64,000 nucleotides of DNA, from the NCBI RefSeq assembly GCF_009914755.1, contig NC_060947.1; one strand, 5' to 3'. The stretch comes from the human T2T-CHM13v2.0 reference genome, Homo sapiens. The translations under genes and the position numbers were made by a program. The notes under the pieces were generated by a model. It saw nothing but the letters and a program-made list of their open reading frames with translations. It was not told the DNA's origin and ran no database searches. Positions 45,050 through 63,990 of the stretch are shown here, piece after piece. Numbering within the stretch: position 1 is the stretch's first letter; the number at the start of each line of letters is the position of its first letter.

Positions 45050-45808
45050 AAAGTGCTATCAGAGTAAGGAAAACCAAACAGAAGCTTCTGAAACTGCCTC
45101 CTCTCTGGCCAAGAGAGTACATCAAAAGCACTAACGCATCTGGAAAGAATGCTAGAAAGTAAGGCTACTCCTAAGGATCTAAAGCTACAAGGATTGTGGT
45201 CCCCACTGTACTTCTAATTCACCAACCTGGCTGCTGCAGAAATTGGATGGATCCAAGAGAATAACTGTAGACTATGGCACACTTCAACAAGTACTAACCG
45301 TGATTGCAGGTGCTGTGCTGGACATGGTATCATTGTTAGAGCAGATTAATACGGCCTCTAGTACATGGTGTGAGACCACTGATTTGGAAAAGGTGTTCTT
45401 TCTTTTTTAATCGGAAAAAAAACATCAGTAACGATTTGAATTCCTGTGGAACAGACAAATGAATTCATTAACACTTTAGCCTCAGGGCTATGTTAACTGT
45501 ACTGTTCTCTATTATAATGTGTCTGAAGAGCTTTGGACTGTCTGAACATTGATTCAATGATATTGTGTTGATCAGGTGGGATGATCAAGAGGTATCTATC
45601 ACAACGGAGACAATAGTACCGATAGTACAGGTACACTACGGGGATGGGATATAAATCTAAGGAATATTCACAGGACTGCCATATCTAAGCGATTTTTATG
45701 GATCTGAGCTTTAGAATATACCTTTCAAAATAAAAGAAGAAACATTACATCATGGGTCTCTTATCATGAAGAAGAAAGTGCGAAGCCTGGCAAACTTCTT
45801 CAGATTCT
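45050..45808 (+). mobile_element. Decayed ERV-L internal pol (reverse transcriptase) remnant, 5' part
   Basis: Translates SNSPTWLLQKLDGSKRITVDYGTLQQVLTVIAGAVLDMVSLLEQINTASSTWCETTDLEKVFF and later PQGYVN, matching ERV-L RT motifs ([20 protein letters not shown]...VSLLEQINT...LPQGYIN). Confidence 0.85.
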
Positions 45809-49347
<3,539 letters not shown>

Positions 49348-49556
49348 TCAGATTCTATAGGAAACGTTCCATACCCCGAGACACTGCTTTAGCCCATATA
49401 CACAATGATACAAAAGGCTGCTAGCTTTGAGTTAGTCCCAGAGCAAAGAAGTGCTCTGTAGCAAGTCTAAGTTATAATGTAAGCATCTCTGCATTTTTGG
49501 GTCATGTTGTTTGCTAGATCCAATGATGCTAGAGGTTTCAGTGGTGGGGAAAGATG
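49348..49556 (+). mobile_element. Decayed ERV-L pol remnant, 3' part
   Basis: aaggctgctagctttgag = KAASFE and gatccaatgatgctagaggtttcagtg = DPMMLEVSV, matching ERV-L pol (RKAASFEWGPEQ...DPMVLEVSV). Confidence 0.8.
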
Positions 49557-49974
49557 TGTGAGAGAAAAGGAAGACGTGCCCCTTGCCCAAAGGGAATTGT
49601 AGTGCTGTTACTCTAAAAAGGAATTAATGAATGCTGGACATGAGAGGCCAAACAGATATCCAACTCATCCCTATTGTAGTCATTGCAGTTTTTTTGAAAA
49701 AGACTTCTGATTCTTGTTTGCCTTAGAACTAAAAAGTCACACTTCTTTTGAATGAACACGTTTAAAGTTTAGAACACATTTGAACATAATGAATCAATGT
49801 AATTTTATAAACATTTATAATTATAATCAATAAATTTTAAAACATGAAATACTAAAGAAGAAATGACTATATTCTTGAATACCTTCAAATTTTTGCTTTG
49901 TCAGAAGCCATAAATATTTTTGAATTTTTTTGCATTATGATTAAACGCACAAAAAATAATAGTAGATTCTATCA

Positions 49975-50015
<41 letters not shown>

Positions 50016-50029
50016 ATCTATCTATCTAT
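49975..50029. repeat. (TCTA)n tetranucleotide repeat
   Basis: Directly visible. Confidence 0.95.
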
Positions 50030-53000
50030 ATTTTCTGACTTGAAAAAGTGACCTGGAAATAGATTCACTGTTCACCAAGACTTTGCAATTCAAGAAGTCT
50101 GCATTATATGCTAACTCTTCAGCATAATTCTAATAAAAATAAAACTTTGTTCATTATCAATTTTAAGCTTTTTCTAATTAACTCTGAACAGAATCAGTGA
50201 AACATAGATCAGAGGAGAATATTAAAATACTAAGTTCCTAATCACTTAAATCCTCAATATTCAAAGATCTACAATGTCATTAAAACCTCTTAAAGTTTAT
50301 GAACTTCAGAAATAAATAATAAAATAAATGGCACTAGAAACCTTTCTTTTTCCTTCATATTTCACATGTATGGCAGTGTTTTTTAATATTTTTATTTAAA
50401 AAATAGAGAAGATAATAAGATAGATAGATGGAAGATATATTAGATTTATGGAGTAAAGAATAGCAATATAACTAAGACATTTAAATTTTTTTCAGCTAGA
50501 ATATTTTGTGAAACTAAACTGAATACCTTGTCAATACTCTTTTTTCCCCTCTTAGGGACATAAATGGTTGAATCCTTGCTTTATATCATATTCTTCAAAT
50601 AAAAAAATAGATATGAAATTTCTAGATTATTTTGTGGCTAAAGATACTATTGCTGTTATTTCTAGTATCATTGTATTATGGTATTCTCTCAGTTTGTTTT
50701 TTTATGCTCTCCTCAGGTGTTGTGATACAGTGCTCTTTTTGGCCTTTCCAATAGTGAATAATCCTCTCTTAGAAAGTACATTAAGTTTTTTGACTTCCAA
50801 AATATCGACCATCAGTCATAATGTTATTATAATAAAAAAATCAATTACCTGAAAATTGGAAATATAAGTCTCATAGTCTCTATGAGAATTGGAATAATTA
50901 ATTCTGATAGCAAAAATGGTAGTAGCAGATTTTAAAAAATTATTACTCCAGTTATATTCAAAAAAGAGCAATTCAATTGAAATTAATTTAAGCTGATAGG
51001 GGAATTTATTTATATATACAAAAGAATGTGGACTTGGGTTCAGTCGTAACTAAACATAAAGCTTAAACAATGTCATTAGTTTTTCTTTCTCCCTCCAACT
51101 CTTGCCACTACTTATCGTATTACGTTGATTCTCTCTTAAGGCGGAAGGAATTGCTGCCCTAGACCCATAGTCTACAGATTAACATCCCCATCAGAGAGAG
51201 GCTCTTTGTCCATGATATCTCTGGGGGTAATTGTCCTAGGGAAAACGGATTGAACACAGGATCTTGCAGCAATCACTGGCTCAATTCTTGTTGCCCAGAA
51301 AGTAGAGGAAGAAAATATTGGGGGCAAGATTAGCCGTATCAAAACCATACAAAATGGATTTTCCCAAGAGGGAAAATACATTCTCTTTGTGGAAAAAGTT
51401 ATACATTGCATTTTGAATACACCATTCTATTTGTAAGCCATGGAACTACCCTACTGAGGTTTCAAGCTAGACTGATTAAATACATAAAAAGCAACAAATC
51501 TGGAGGGTTCTTGGGTTAATATCACTCCCTCCTTTAATAGATTAGAAGAATGGTCCAAGTAGTCTGATTTAACTCATCAAAATAACAAGCTGCTACCAGT
51601 TATGGGGCTTCATGAACTCCTCATTTCTAAGAAGCCCATTTCCCTGACGAAGGAGTTCCTCTGTTACTTAGTTACATAGATTTGCCCTGACCTTCATTAT
51701 AAATATATAGATATTTAGAGGTTTGGGAGGAAGATTCCTCCTATCTAGTACATTGTGTTGTGTGCAGAGCTGTGCTCAGCTTTCACTGTGGGATAGGTAG
51801 AGCTGAGGGAAATGTATGTGCTCTATCACTTCTCTGCTTGTAAGTTTTCTCCCAATAGATCCTGTTTTAAATCTATACCACTTGGTGTTCTGCCTAACAT
51901 GTCTTAAACATTATCCTTCATGGAGTCTTAAAAGCTATGAAATGAATCATATGATTCAAGGATTTTTACATAGTAATCAACCTGGTTCCCTAATTTGCTT
52001 ATTTAGGATCACAACATATTTAAGAAAATGAAAACATGTTGAAAAAGAATCTTCCATTATCTTACCTCTTTAATTATTATTATCCCTTTTTATAAGTTTC
52101 TGTTTTTTATTACAAATGATCCACTGATATTTACATATTCCCAAAATATCCAGTTGTCAGCTACCTAGTGATTAGTCAGTGCATCTGTTAACTGCTCACT
52201 TATTAGATATTTTTTATTTAGGGAATTTTTAAAAAATCACTGCCTTTTATGATTTAGACAATAAATAAAGTGATTGCCACCCTTTATGGGACAGAGGAAC
52301 TAGATAATTATGTCTAGAGATGTTTATTGAAAGTATAATGTTACTTCAATAATGTGGAATATAAATGGGCACTATTTCAAAAGTAAAACAATTTTTAGTG
52401 TGCAACTTCTGTTATTATGGTTCTAACATATGGAAGCATTCTATGTTATCATATCATATGGCTTTGAAACTTCTTAGAGGATGCTTAGGTATATTTTTTT
52501 ATTCCATGACTGGTTGTAGAGAGTTATAAAGCTGCTAGAAAAACACAGGAGCTTAGAGAAAACTCAATAAAATATGCAAAATGAATTTGCAAAATAAAAT
52601 TACAGAATTAACTTCAAAATGACATACACATAGAAAACATTTGAACAATATACAGTAGGATGAAAAACATTCATTTCCCATTTGTCACAGTGGAATCATA
52701 ATCTAGATTTTTAAGAGAATGCACAAGAAAGCAGGCAGTTAGAAATAATTAGACAACATAACACAGGAAGAAATGCTGCATGGGGGTAACACACGGGTAA
52801 AAAGATAGTCTATTACAGTGGAAAAGAAAAAAATGGGGATTGGACTCAGCTTACTAGCTTGGGATTATAAATAGATTACTTATCCTCTTCAAAACACAAT
52901 TTTCTTTTTGGCAAAATGAAAATGAGAAAACGTTCATAGACTTTTTAGGTGCATTAGACACAAGTAGCTATGGCACCTTTGTTCAGATTAGACATAGACG

Positions 53001-53448
53001 CTTCTCCAGGTATGCACATCCCCATTGTCATTCATCTTGGAGTGCAGATGGAGCCTTTGTACTAATTACAAAAGATGTTCCTTACTCCAGGCAGATGTAG
53101 CTCTGCCCCGTGAAGCAAAAGACATTTAGAAGAGCTTGAAATTGATTTGAACCCCCATGCGCCCTCTTGGCTGGTTGTGTATGTGAAGTGATCAACTTGA
53201 ATACGTGTTCAAAACTCAGTCCTCCTATTTATTGTAAGTTCTGTTAATACTAGTGGAAAAGTGAGAGGCAAATTAATAATGATTGGATTTTAAGCTTTAT
53301 TGATCATAGACCAAAAGTAGTAAAGCTTTGGGAAAAGGTTTAGTTTTTTTTTAAATAACAAAGACTATGCAAAATGTATGGCCTTTATGTTTCAATTTTT
53401 TTATAATTAAGCCCATCTCTTCTGGATTAAGATATAGCTTCAGGATAT

Positions 53449-53466
53449 TATCTATATCTATATCTA

Positions 53467-53507
<41 letters not shown>

Positions 53508-53550
53508 ATATCTATCTATCTATTTACTTACCTACCTATCCATCTACCTA
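53449..53550. repeat. (TCTA)n compound repeat
   Basis: Directly visible. Confidence 0.92.
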
Positions 53551-53784
53551 TATTCCACAAAAATTTTATTTGGAAAACTAGCTCTATGAGATATGAAACA
53601 ATTTTAGGTGTGGTTTTGGTAATAAGTCAAGAAAGTATGACAATGTTTTGATGAATATAGCATAAGATTTATTTATTCCAGGTTATCTTAGAGATTTTAA
53701 TACAATAGCTACTGTAAATCTCCAAACAGGGATAAGCCTTTCAGCTTTTCCACAAAATAATTTACCAATAGAAACCGTTTCTCT

Positions 53785-54160
53785 ATAAGTGAGGCCTCAT
53801 CCAGAAAAGCACAGAAATAGATCAGACAAATAATAGATAGATAGATAGGAGAGAGAGAAAGAGAGAGAGAGAGAGACAGACAGACAGAGACAGAGAGATT
53901 TGTTACAGGGATCTGGGTTTCCCAATTGTGGGAACTGGGTAAACAGTCTTTTAAAGGTTCTCCCTCCACATCTGATGCTGGAGCATAAGCAGACCTGACA
54001 CTCCAGCACAAGTTGGCACAGAAGTCAGGAAAAGTAAAGGGAAATTCAAAGAAGCTAGTGTAATTCAGGTCTAGACGCTGCTTCATGCTAATGAGATCTG
54101 TCAGCTGATCACTACATGTTATCTACAAAATGGCAGCTGCTTCCTTTCCACCTTCCAATA
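53785..54160 (-). mobile_element. MLT2-like (ERVL) LTR with (GATA)/(GA)n expansion
   Basis: ccagaaaagcacagaa-microsatellite-agagatttgttacagggatctggg...caattgtgggaactgg layout typical of antisense MLT2. Confidence 0.5.
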
Positions 54161-54289
54161 AAAATGTTTGAGGAAATAATTTACTAGTAGCCTATTCAAA
54201 TTCCTGAAAAACCAACTATCTTAACTATGACTCAAAGTCCAGGTGCAGTAAAAGAAAGGATAACTTCTACTGCTTAAAATTTTAAAAAC

Positions 54290-55880
54290 TGCATGATAAA
54301 AAAAAGAAAAAGAAATATAGGTAAAGTAAAAAAAAGACTAAAATATTTGCAATACATGCTACAATTAAAGGATTAATGTCTTAATAAATAATCTAAAAGA
54401 TGAAGTTTAACAACCTAAATAAATAAACTTATGGAAAAATTGGCAAAAAGACATGAAAAATTTCGAATTTTAAAACAATTTTAAAGTTACAAAAATTATT
54501 AAACTTATTAAAAGATGCTAAATTTCACTTATAATGAGGAGAATGTAAATTCAAGCTAATTGACAAAATTTCTCATATATACATTGACAAAAATTTGAGA
54601 GCTCAATATCACCCTCTGTTGGCAAGACTGTAGAGAACAGACACTCTCATATCTTGCTAATGGGACTACAGAATAGTACAATAGTGTAATTATGTTGAAA
54701 AATTTGACAAAATCTAAAAAATGCCTTTGAACTTTGATTCGGTAGTACCACTTTCAAAAATATAGCCAGAGGATACACTCCAAAAATATAATATCAAAAG
54801 GACAGGTAACAAAAGAATAAATAGACAAATTAAACTTTGTGGAAATTTAAAAATTTAGTATATCAACAAACAACATCAACAGAGTAAAAAGGCACCCCAA
54901 AGAATGGGAGAAAATATTTTCAAACCATATATCTGATGAAAGATAATGTGAAGAAAATGTGCAAAGGGATGAACAAATATTTCTCCAAAGAAAATATACA
55001 AATGGCCGGAAGCATACAAAACAATGCTCAACATCACAAATCATTAGGAAAATGCAAATTAAAACTACAATGATGTAATACTTCATACTCATCAGGGTAG
55101 CTACTATAAAACAACAACAAGAAGAAATATCAAGTATTGGCAAGGCTGTGGAGAAATTGTAACACTTGTACATTTTTGGTGATAATGTAAAATGGTATAA
55201 TTGCTGTGGAAAACTGGTGTTCCTTCAAAAGTCAAAAATAAAATTGATGTATGGTCCAGCAATTCCATTTCTAGATATGTACCCCAAATAATTAAAAACA
55301 GGGCTTCAAAGAGCTATTTATGTACTCATGCTCATAGCAGCATTATTAACAGCAGCTAAAATATGGAAGCATATAAAGTGTCTGTGGATAAATGAATAGA
55401 TAAGCAATATGTGATATATACATACAATAGTATATTCAACCTTACAACGGAAGGAAATTTTGTCGTATGCTACAACATGGATGAATCTTGAAGACATAAT
55501 ACTAAGTGGAAGAAACCAGTCACAAAAATACTTATACTGTACCATTCTACTTATATGAGATATTTAAAGTAATCACAGTCATAGAGATAAAAAGTAGAAT
55601 GGTGGTTGCCAGAGGCTGGGGAGAGGGGAGAATGGGGAGATATTTTTTAATGTGTGGAGAGTAGAATGCTATAGAGTTTCACTTTTACAAGATGAAAAGA
55701 GTTGTGGAGATCGATGGTGATGATGGTTGCACAATGTTATTAAGGTATTTAAGATTACTTAGCTCTGTGCTTAAAATGGTTACTTTGTCTATACCAATAA
55801 ATTGGAGAAGGAAAATAATTTTTTGTTAAGATAACAAATTTTATATTATGTGTATTTTAACATAACAAAAATAGGAAAAA
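54290..55880 (+). mobile_element. Nested old L1 fragments (L1ME-like, then L1MA/MB 3' end from ~54790)
   Basis: gaatgggagaaaatattttcaaaccatatatctgat, gaaaatgcaaattaaaactacaatga, caacatggatgaatcttgaagacat, gtagaatggtggttgccagaggctgg. Confidence 0.85.
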
Positions 55881-56168
55881 ATAATAAGCAAGCAAAATCC
55901 TGATAACCTAATAGAAAACAGGAAAAAAAATTGAACCAACACTTTAAACTCCTCCTGCCCACCCACCACAGTAAAGGAAAAAAGTGGCCTATAGCCATAT
56001 ATAAAATAGGCTCAAATCATTAGTAATCAACAAAATGCAGATTAAAATTATAGTAAGATGTCACTAAAATTTAAGAAACGCAAACGTACACCCCCACACC
56101 CATACAGCGTGTATAAGATACCAGGTGTAGGCTAGGATGTGTGCAATAGGAGTTCTATTAAGATGCTG

Positions 56169-56473
56169 GGGCAGGCACTGTGGCTCACATCTGTAATCCC
56201 AACACTTTGGGAGGCTGAGGCAGGAGGATAGCTTCCATCCAGAAGTTCGAGACAAGCCTGGGCAACACAGTGAGATCCTGTTTCTACAAAAAATAAACAA
56301 AATTAGCCAGATGCGGTGTCAGATGCCTGTAGTCCCAGCTACTCAGGAGGCTGAGGTGGGAGGATTGCTGAGACTGAGAGGTCAAGGCTGCAGTGAGCTG
56401 AGGTTGCACCATGCAATCCAGCCTGGGTGATAGAGTAAGACCTTATCTCAACAACAACAACAACAACAAAAAA
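56169..56473 (+). mobile_element. AluJ with (CAA)n tail
   Basis: gaggtcaaggctgcagtgagc and cctgggcaacacagtgaga are AluJ-type positions. Confidence 0.92.
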
Positions 56474-56637
56474 AGATGTTAGTAAGAATATATGTTTAAA
56501 GTATTTTGAAATAAAATTTGGTATTATCTACCAAATTTGAAGACGTACATCACCTGTTACTCAGAAATTCTACTTTTACATCTCTATTCAACAGAGTGTA
56601 GGCATTTGTGCACCAAGCAGTATGTATAAGAACATCA

Positions 56638-56965
<328 letters not shown>

Positions 56966-58599
56966 TCAAACTCATTTAAAAGTAAAATTGATAAATAAAT
57001 TGTAGAAAGTCAAACAATGAAATGCTAGGAAACATTAACATAAGTGAATTAGTGCTACGTTCATATTTCCCACTAACATAATGCTGACTAGAGCAACCTA
57101 GATACTTCTGGATTATTCCATTCAGGTAACATTTAAAAATCAGGTACACTTAAATAACGTTTAATGATATGTACTGAGGAAATAAAATCACAAAGAAAAG
57201 AAGGAAATAACTACCATACAATTCTGGTTATCTTTGGCAGAGAGAAATAGTGATTTTGACAGGGTGTATGGGAGTTATTTGGGTTGATGACTTTATTTCT
57301 TAAGCTTGAGGGTCATCAAGCAGAAGTTCACTGTATGAGAAAGGGCTGTACTGTATATTTCTACTTTGTGCATTTCCCCCATGTATATTGTAGTCCACCA
57401 TAAAATTTAATTAAAATGCAAAGTAGTTGGTTAAAACATAATTCTGTAATACTTGGAATTGCTCCAATTATAAGGAAACACTTTTGCTTAGAACAAGGAA
57501 GTTATAAATGTATTTGCTGGTGACAAGAGATAGACTTCAATGACTGGTGGCTGTAAACTGAGCTCACTGCTGGAAACTTTTTGATCATAATATAGTCTAG
57601 ATTTCACACCACTTACTTTTGGGCTACCAGAAAGGGCTGGTTTGGTCACAGTAAGAAGAGAGAGTTTAATAGAACTGAGGATAGATTTCTCTCACTGCCC
57701 TTCAGGGGAAAAAAAACTGAAAAATCCTAGAATATATAGTTTATTGTAAAAGATTGCTTGTTGTTAGGAAACATGATCCATACTGGAGAGGAAATATGAA
57801 TGCAGAGAAGATGGAAAAGGCTGTATTAATTTACTGTAAACCTAAAAAGTCATACTGGAAATACTGCATAAATGGAAAAAAAACTGGAATGCTTTTAGTA
57901 AATATACCTGTTTTATTTTTAATATATATTACAAATCAAAGTCCTAAAAGAGAAGTTTTTGAGGGTTTTTCAATGAAAAACATTTATAACAACAAGGTTT
58001 TAAATATAAATGAAAAGGGTAAAAAAAATTTGGGAAAGTTTTGTGTTACAACTTTCTACTTACTGCCTACAAAAAAAAATCAATACTGGCAAAGAAAACC
58101 AAATAAATTTATATTTAAAAGAAAAAAGATTGCATAGCAGCCCGAGTATGATTTATTTCATGATTAATTAGACACCATTTTTTAAAACAGCAAGATACAC
58201 CTCACACAACCTCCAAGAAAATAGCAATGCAGATTTAAACACGTGTGAATGGAAAGAATTAGATTTCCTTTCACACCAATTTTGTTTGAGGTCTGCCAAT
58301 TAGATAAAGGTCCAAGTACTAAAGCTACAACATTGAAATTGCTTCCTAAAATGAAGGAAGAAAATACTTTCACAAACTTCTTAATGTTCATCAAGTACCT
58401 CCTACTAGGTAGTTTCTATGTGCATTTACTTATGTTATCTCATTTAATATGCATGATCAACCAATGGAATTGGAATTATTTTCTAAGATTTACAGGTGAA
58501 GATATTGAAGCTCAGAGTACATGTATTTTCTCTAGTTACATACTAAGGAATTAGAATTGTCAGAGTTTAGACATAGTTCTTCTGACTCTAAGACCAATT

Positions 58600-60980
58600 A
58601 TTATTGTGCCTACCTGCAACTTTTAGATACCATACTAATATCAGGGATTATCAGTCACAGTAGAGTCAGGAAAAGATAACTCATGTCAAGTACTTCAACA
58701 AAGGGAGTTTCATATGGGAAGGTAGTACCAAATTGTTAGAAGACCTCACAGAATAACAGGGTGAGGGGAGATAGCCCAGAGGTTATCAAATGCAAGAAGT
58801 TGCTTCCATTACTAGGGCTGGAGAGTCAATAGAAGGAACATTCCATGCTCATGGATAGGAAGGATGAATGTTTTAAAATGGCCATACCGCCCAAAGCAAT
58901 TTACCGAGTAAATGCTATTGCTATCACTACTAAGAACATTCCTCTCAGAATTAGAAAAAAAAAACTATTCTAAAACTCATATGGAATCAAAAAAGAGCCT
59001 TAATAGCAGTCCTAAGAAAAATGAAGAAAACCAGAGGCATCACATTACCCAACTTCAAACTATACTACAAGGGTGCAATAACCAAAACAACATGCTACTG
59101 GTACAAAAACAGACACACAGACCAGTAGAATAGAATAGAGAACCCAGAAATAAATCTGGACACCTACAACCATCTGATCTTTGACAAACTTGACAAAAAC
59201 AAGCAACGGGGAAAGAGTTCCCTACTCAGTAAATGGTGTTGGGATAACTGGCTAGTTATATGCAGAAAATTGAAATTGATCCCTTCCTTGCACCACATAC
59301 AAAAAACTCAAGATGGATTAAAGGCTTAAATGTAAAACCTAAAATTAAAAAACCCTGGAATATAACCTAGGAAATACCATTCTGGATATAGGCCCTGGCA
59401 AAGATTTCTGATAAAGATGCCAAAAGCAATTGTGACAAAAAGAAAAATTGGCAAATGGAATCTAATTAAACTAAAGGGCTTCTGCACAGTAAAAGAAACT
59501 ATCAACAGAGCAGACAACCTACAGAATGAGAGAAAAAATTTGCAAACTATGCGTCAAACAAAGGTCTAATATCCAGAATCTCTAAAGAATTTAAACAAAC
59601 TAACAAGCCAAAAACAGAAAACCCCATTAAAAAGTGGGCAAATGACATGAACAGATAGTTTTCAAAAGAAGGCATTCAGGTGGCCAACAAGCATATGAAA
59701 AAGTGCTCAACATCATTAATCATTAGAGAAATGCAAATCAAAACCACAGTGAGATACCATCTCACACCAGTCAGAATGGCTATTACTAAAAAGTCAAAAA
59801 ATAACAGATGCTGGTGAGGTTATAGAGAAAATGGAACACTTATTCCATTATTCACACCACTGCTGGTGGGAATGTAAATAAATTCAGCCGCTGTGGAAAG
59901 CAGTTTGGGAATTTATCAAAGAACTTAAAACAGAACTACCATTTGACCCAGCTATCTGATTATTGAGTATGTACCCAAAGGAATATAAATTGTTCTATCA
60001 TAAAGACACACACACATGTTAGTTCATTGCAGCACTGTTTACAATAGCAAAAACACAGAATCAACCTAAATGCCCATTAACAGTAGACTGGATAAAGAAA
60101 ATGTGGTACGTATACACCGTGGAATACTATGCAGCCATAAAAAGAATGAGATCATGTTTTTTGCAGCAACGTGGGTGCAGCTGGAGGCTATTATCCTAAG
60201 TAAACCAACCCAGGAACAGAAAACCAAATACCACATGTTCGTACTTTCAAGTGGGAGCCAAGCACTGAGTACACATGAACACAAAAAAAGGAACAATAGA
60301 CATCTGAGCCTATTTGTGAGTGGAGGGTGGGAGGAGGGTGAGGACCAAAAAACTGCCTATCAGGTGCTATGCTTATTACCAGGGTGGCAAAATAATCTGT
60401 ATGCCAAACACCTGTGATACACAATTTGCCTATGTAACAATCGTGTGCATATACCCCTGAACCTAAAATAAAAGTTAAAAAAAAATAACTTGAAAAATAA
60501 ATAAGTAAATAAATAAAAGAGAAGTAGCTGATGTTACCAGAGCCCAAGATCTGAGTTCCCTTCACAGGAGCTGAAAACTTAAAAGAAGGGCTTTTTGAGG
60601 GAGCAGCAGGAGTAGCTACCAAGGGGAATTTGGAGACATGAAGAAGTGCTCATCTGACGGGAGCTAGAATCATAGAAGGAGCTGCAAGACGGGAGCTGGG
60701 ACCTCAGAGGAAGGCGCTGCCTTGTGGGCTCTGCAACCACAGAATTGCTATACACACTGACAGAGATACCTCCAGAAGCCAAGAAGAAGGCTTACCCTGG
60801 CTTCTCACCTCCAATCTCTAGCCAGTGCTTCCCTGTTAGGTGAGCCCAAAAGAAGCAATTTGAGAGGAATCTGGGAATGTAGTTTGCAGGAGTCATCCTT
60901 CTGTGATCTGTAGTTTAGGGCATAGCACGTGAAAGGAAGAGGAGGTGGATCTCAGAGTAAAGAGGAAAATGATCAAACCA
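58600..60980. mobile_element. MLT1-like LTR split by the L1 at 58836-60518
   Basis: gtacttcaacaaagggagtttcatatgggaa before the L1; ccagtgcttccctgttaggtgagcccaa...tctgggaatgtagtttgcag after it. Confidence 0.5.
58836..60518 (+). mobile_element. 5'-truncated L1 (old L1PA/L1PB) 3' ~1.7 kb
   Basis: aacattccatgctcatggataggaag...gagataccatctcacaccagtcagaatggc...3'UTR...aacctaaaataaaag and A-rich tail. Confidence 0.93.
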
Positions 60981-61994
60981 CAAAGCTAGTTTTCTAGGCC
61001 ACATCAAATTATCCCAGCCCCAAAAGATGATGTTGAGTAAAAATTACCTAAAGTATCTAAACAGACTCATGTTAAAATAATTAATTTGATATGTAATATT
61101 TTTATTTGTTTCTTATGAAGATAAGTCACCATGTAACATGAATAAATACATACTTGTTTCAGTTATCAAGAAGTCTAAGTAACACTGCACACAAAGGATG
61201 AGAAAGCAAGCTGAAATATAGGAGGCAAAGAAAGATTCCTGCTATCATATAGGATTGATTTAAAGGCAAAAAGTAGATAAATGTGAATAAGAGTCTAAAA
61301 TTAAGTCTATATCTTAGTCTTGGCCATTAAAGCTTATAAGGGACATAAATTTGAATGTTAATTCCAATTGTTAGTTTTGCTAATGTCTGATTAGAGCTTT
61401 CAGAAATCAATTCTTTTGTTACATGAAGTAGCAGCTTATAATTAGGGGAGGGGGAATTCACATTTGAAACAAAAGAATTGATTTCTAATTCTAGGTGGTG
61501 GAAAAAAATAGCACCAAGAAATGTTAAGACCAAAAAAAAAAAAAAAAAAGCTGTGAAAGACAAATGCAAAAGAAATGGGAAAAATGCAGGCTGGTATTTC
61601 ATTAGAATACATAAGTAGTACGAAGCTTGTGTTTTCTCTCTTATTATTTTTCTACAATTATCCAAGCCTATAAAATCTAGAAAGAGGAATATTAGGCACA
61701 TCCGGCAAATGTTTAATATATTATGTTCATTAAAAGTACCTAGCCAGTGCTATCCAATAGAATTTTCTGGCATGGTGAAATATTCCTTTTTTTTTTCTTT
61801 TTAAAACAGCTTTACTGAAGTATAATTGATATGCAAATGATGGCACATATATAATGTGTAAAATTTGATGAGTTTGGACATATGCAAACACCCATGATCC
61901 CATCACCACACTCAAGGTAATAGACATATTCAACACCTCCCAAAGTTTTGTTGCATCCCTTTGTGTGTGTTTCATTGGTTGATTGTTGTTTTTG

Positions 61995-61995
<1 letters not shown>

Positions 61996-62045
<50 letters not shown>

Positions 62046-62058
62046 CGTGTGTGTGTGT
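61996..62058. repeat. (TG)n microsatellite
   Basis: Directly visible. Confidence 0.97.
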
Positions 62059-62075
62059 TAAGAATACATAATATG

Positions 62076-62402
62076 GGCCGGGCACAGTGTCTCATGCCTG
62101 TAATCTCAGCACTTTGGGAAGCTGAGCCAGGTGGATCACGAGGTCAGGAGATCGAGACCCTCCTGGACAACATGGTGAAACCCTGTCTCTACCAAAAATA
62201 CAAAAATTAGCTGGGCGTGGTGGTGCGTGCCTGTAATCTCAGCTACTCGGGAGGCTGAGGCAGGAGAATCACCTGAACCAGGGAATTGGAGGTTTCAGTG
62301 AGCTGAGATCGTGCCACTGCACTCTAGTCTGGTGACAGAGCAAGACTCCATCTAAAACTAGTCTGGTGACAGAGCAAGACTCCATCTAAAAAAAAAAAAA
62401 AA
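62076..62402 (+). mobile_element. AluS (Sc-like) with duplicated 3' end
   Basis: Full Alu; TSD GAATACATAA; 34-bp tandem duplication before the poly-A. Confidence 0.95.
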
Positions 62403-62939
62403 CAATGAATACATAACATCATGAGATCTACTCTCTTCAATTTTGAAGTATAAAATACCATATTGTTAACTATAGGCACCATGTTGTACAGCAGATCTCT
62501 AGAACTTATTCATCTAGCATAACGTACTTTATACCCATTGAACAACTCTCAATTTCCCCCACTTTCCAACCCTGCCAATCACTTTGTATACTTTTCCTTC
62601 CATGAATTTGACTATTATAGATACCTCATATAAGTGAAATCATGCAGTATTTGTCCTATGGCTGGCTTACTTCACTTAGCATATTGTCCTTTCATTTCCT
62701 ACATGATCTAGCAAATGAAAGGATTTTCTTTTTTTTAAAGCTGAATAATATTCCACTAGATATGTAAACCACATTATCTTTATCCATTCATGAGTTGATG
62801 CCCACTTGGGTTTTTTCCATATATGGGCTATTTGAAATAATGCTGCAATGAACATGGGAATGCAGATATCTCTTGGAGATACTGATTTTATTTCCTTTGT
62901 GTATATGCACATAAGTGAGATTGCTGGATCATGTGATAG

Positions 62940-63349
<410 letters not shown>

Positions 63350-63864
63350 TCTTTTTGATAGTAGCTATCCTATTATGTGTGAAGTGATAGATCTCATTGT
63401 AGCTTTGATTTGCATTTCCCTAATGATTAATGATGTTGATTACCTTCTCATATGCCTGTTGGCCATCTGTATGTCTTTTTTGGAGAAATATATTTTCAAG
63501 ACTTTAGCCCATTTTTTAAACTGGGTTGTTTGTTGTTGTTGCAGTTGAATTGTATGAGTTTCTTATATATTTTGGATATTAATCCCTTGTCAGATATACA
63601 GTTGACAAATTTTTTCCCATTCTGTAGACTTTTCATTCTGTTGATTGTTTCTGTGCAGAAGCTTTTTAGATTGATGTGGGCCCACTTGTCTATTTTTCCT
63701 TTTGTTGCCTGTGCTTTTGGTGTCATAGCCAATAACTTACTGCCATGACAAATGTGTAGCAACTCTTCTCCTGTTTTCTTCTAGGAGTTCTGCATTTTCA
63801 GCCCTTACATTTCAGTATTTCTTTTTAAGCTGATTTTAGTGTATGGTTTAAAGTAGAGGTTAAA

Positions 63865-63990
63865 TTTCTTTCTCTCTCTCTTTTTCTTTCTCTCTCTCTT
63901 TCCCTTTCTTTCTTTCTCTCTCTTTTTTCTTTCTTTCTTTCTCCCTTCCTTCCTTTTCTCTCTCTCTCTCTTTCTTTTCTTTTCTTTTTC
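63865..63990. repeat. Polypyrimidine (CT/CTTT/CCTT) low-complexity tract
   Basis: Directly visible. Confidence 0.9.

Noticed and set aside
57754-58137. 127-aa Lys/Asn-rich ORF
   Set aside because: Compositional artefact of A-rich DNA; TTG start and no motif.
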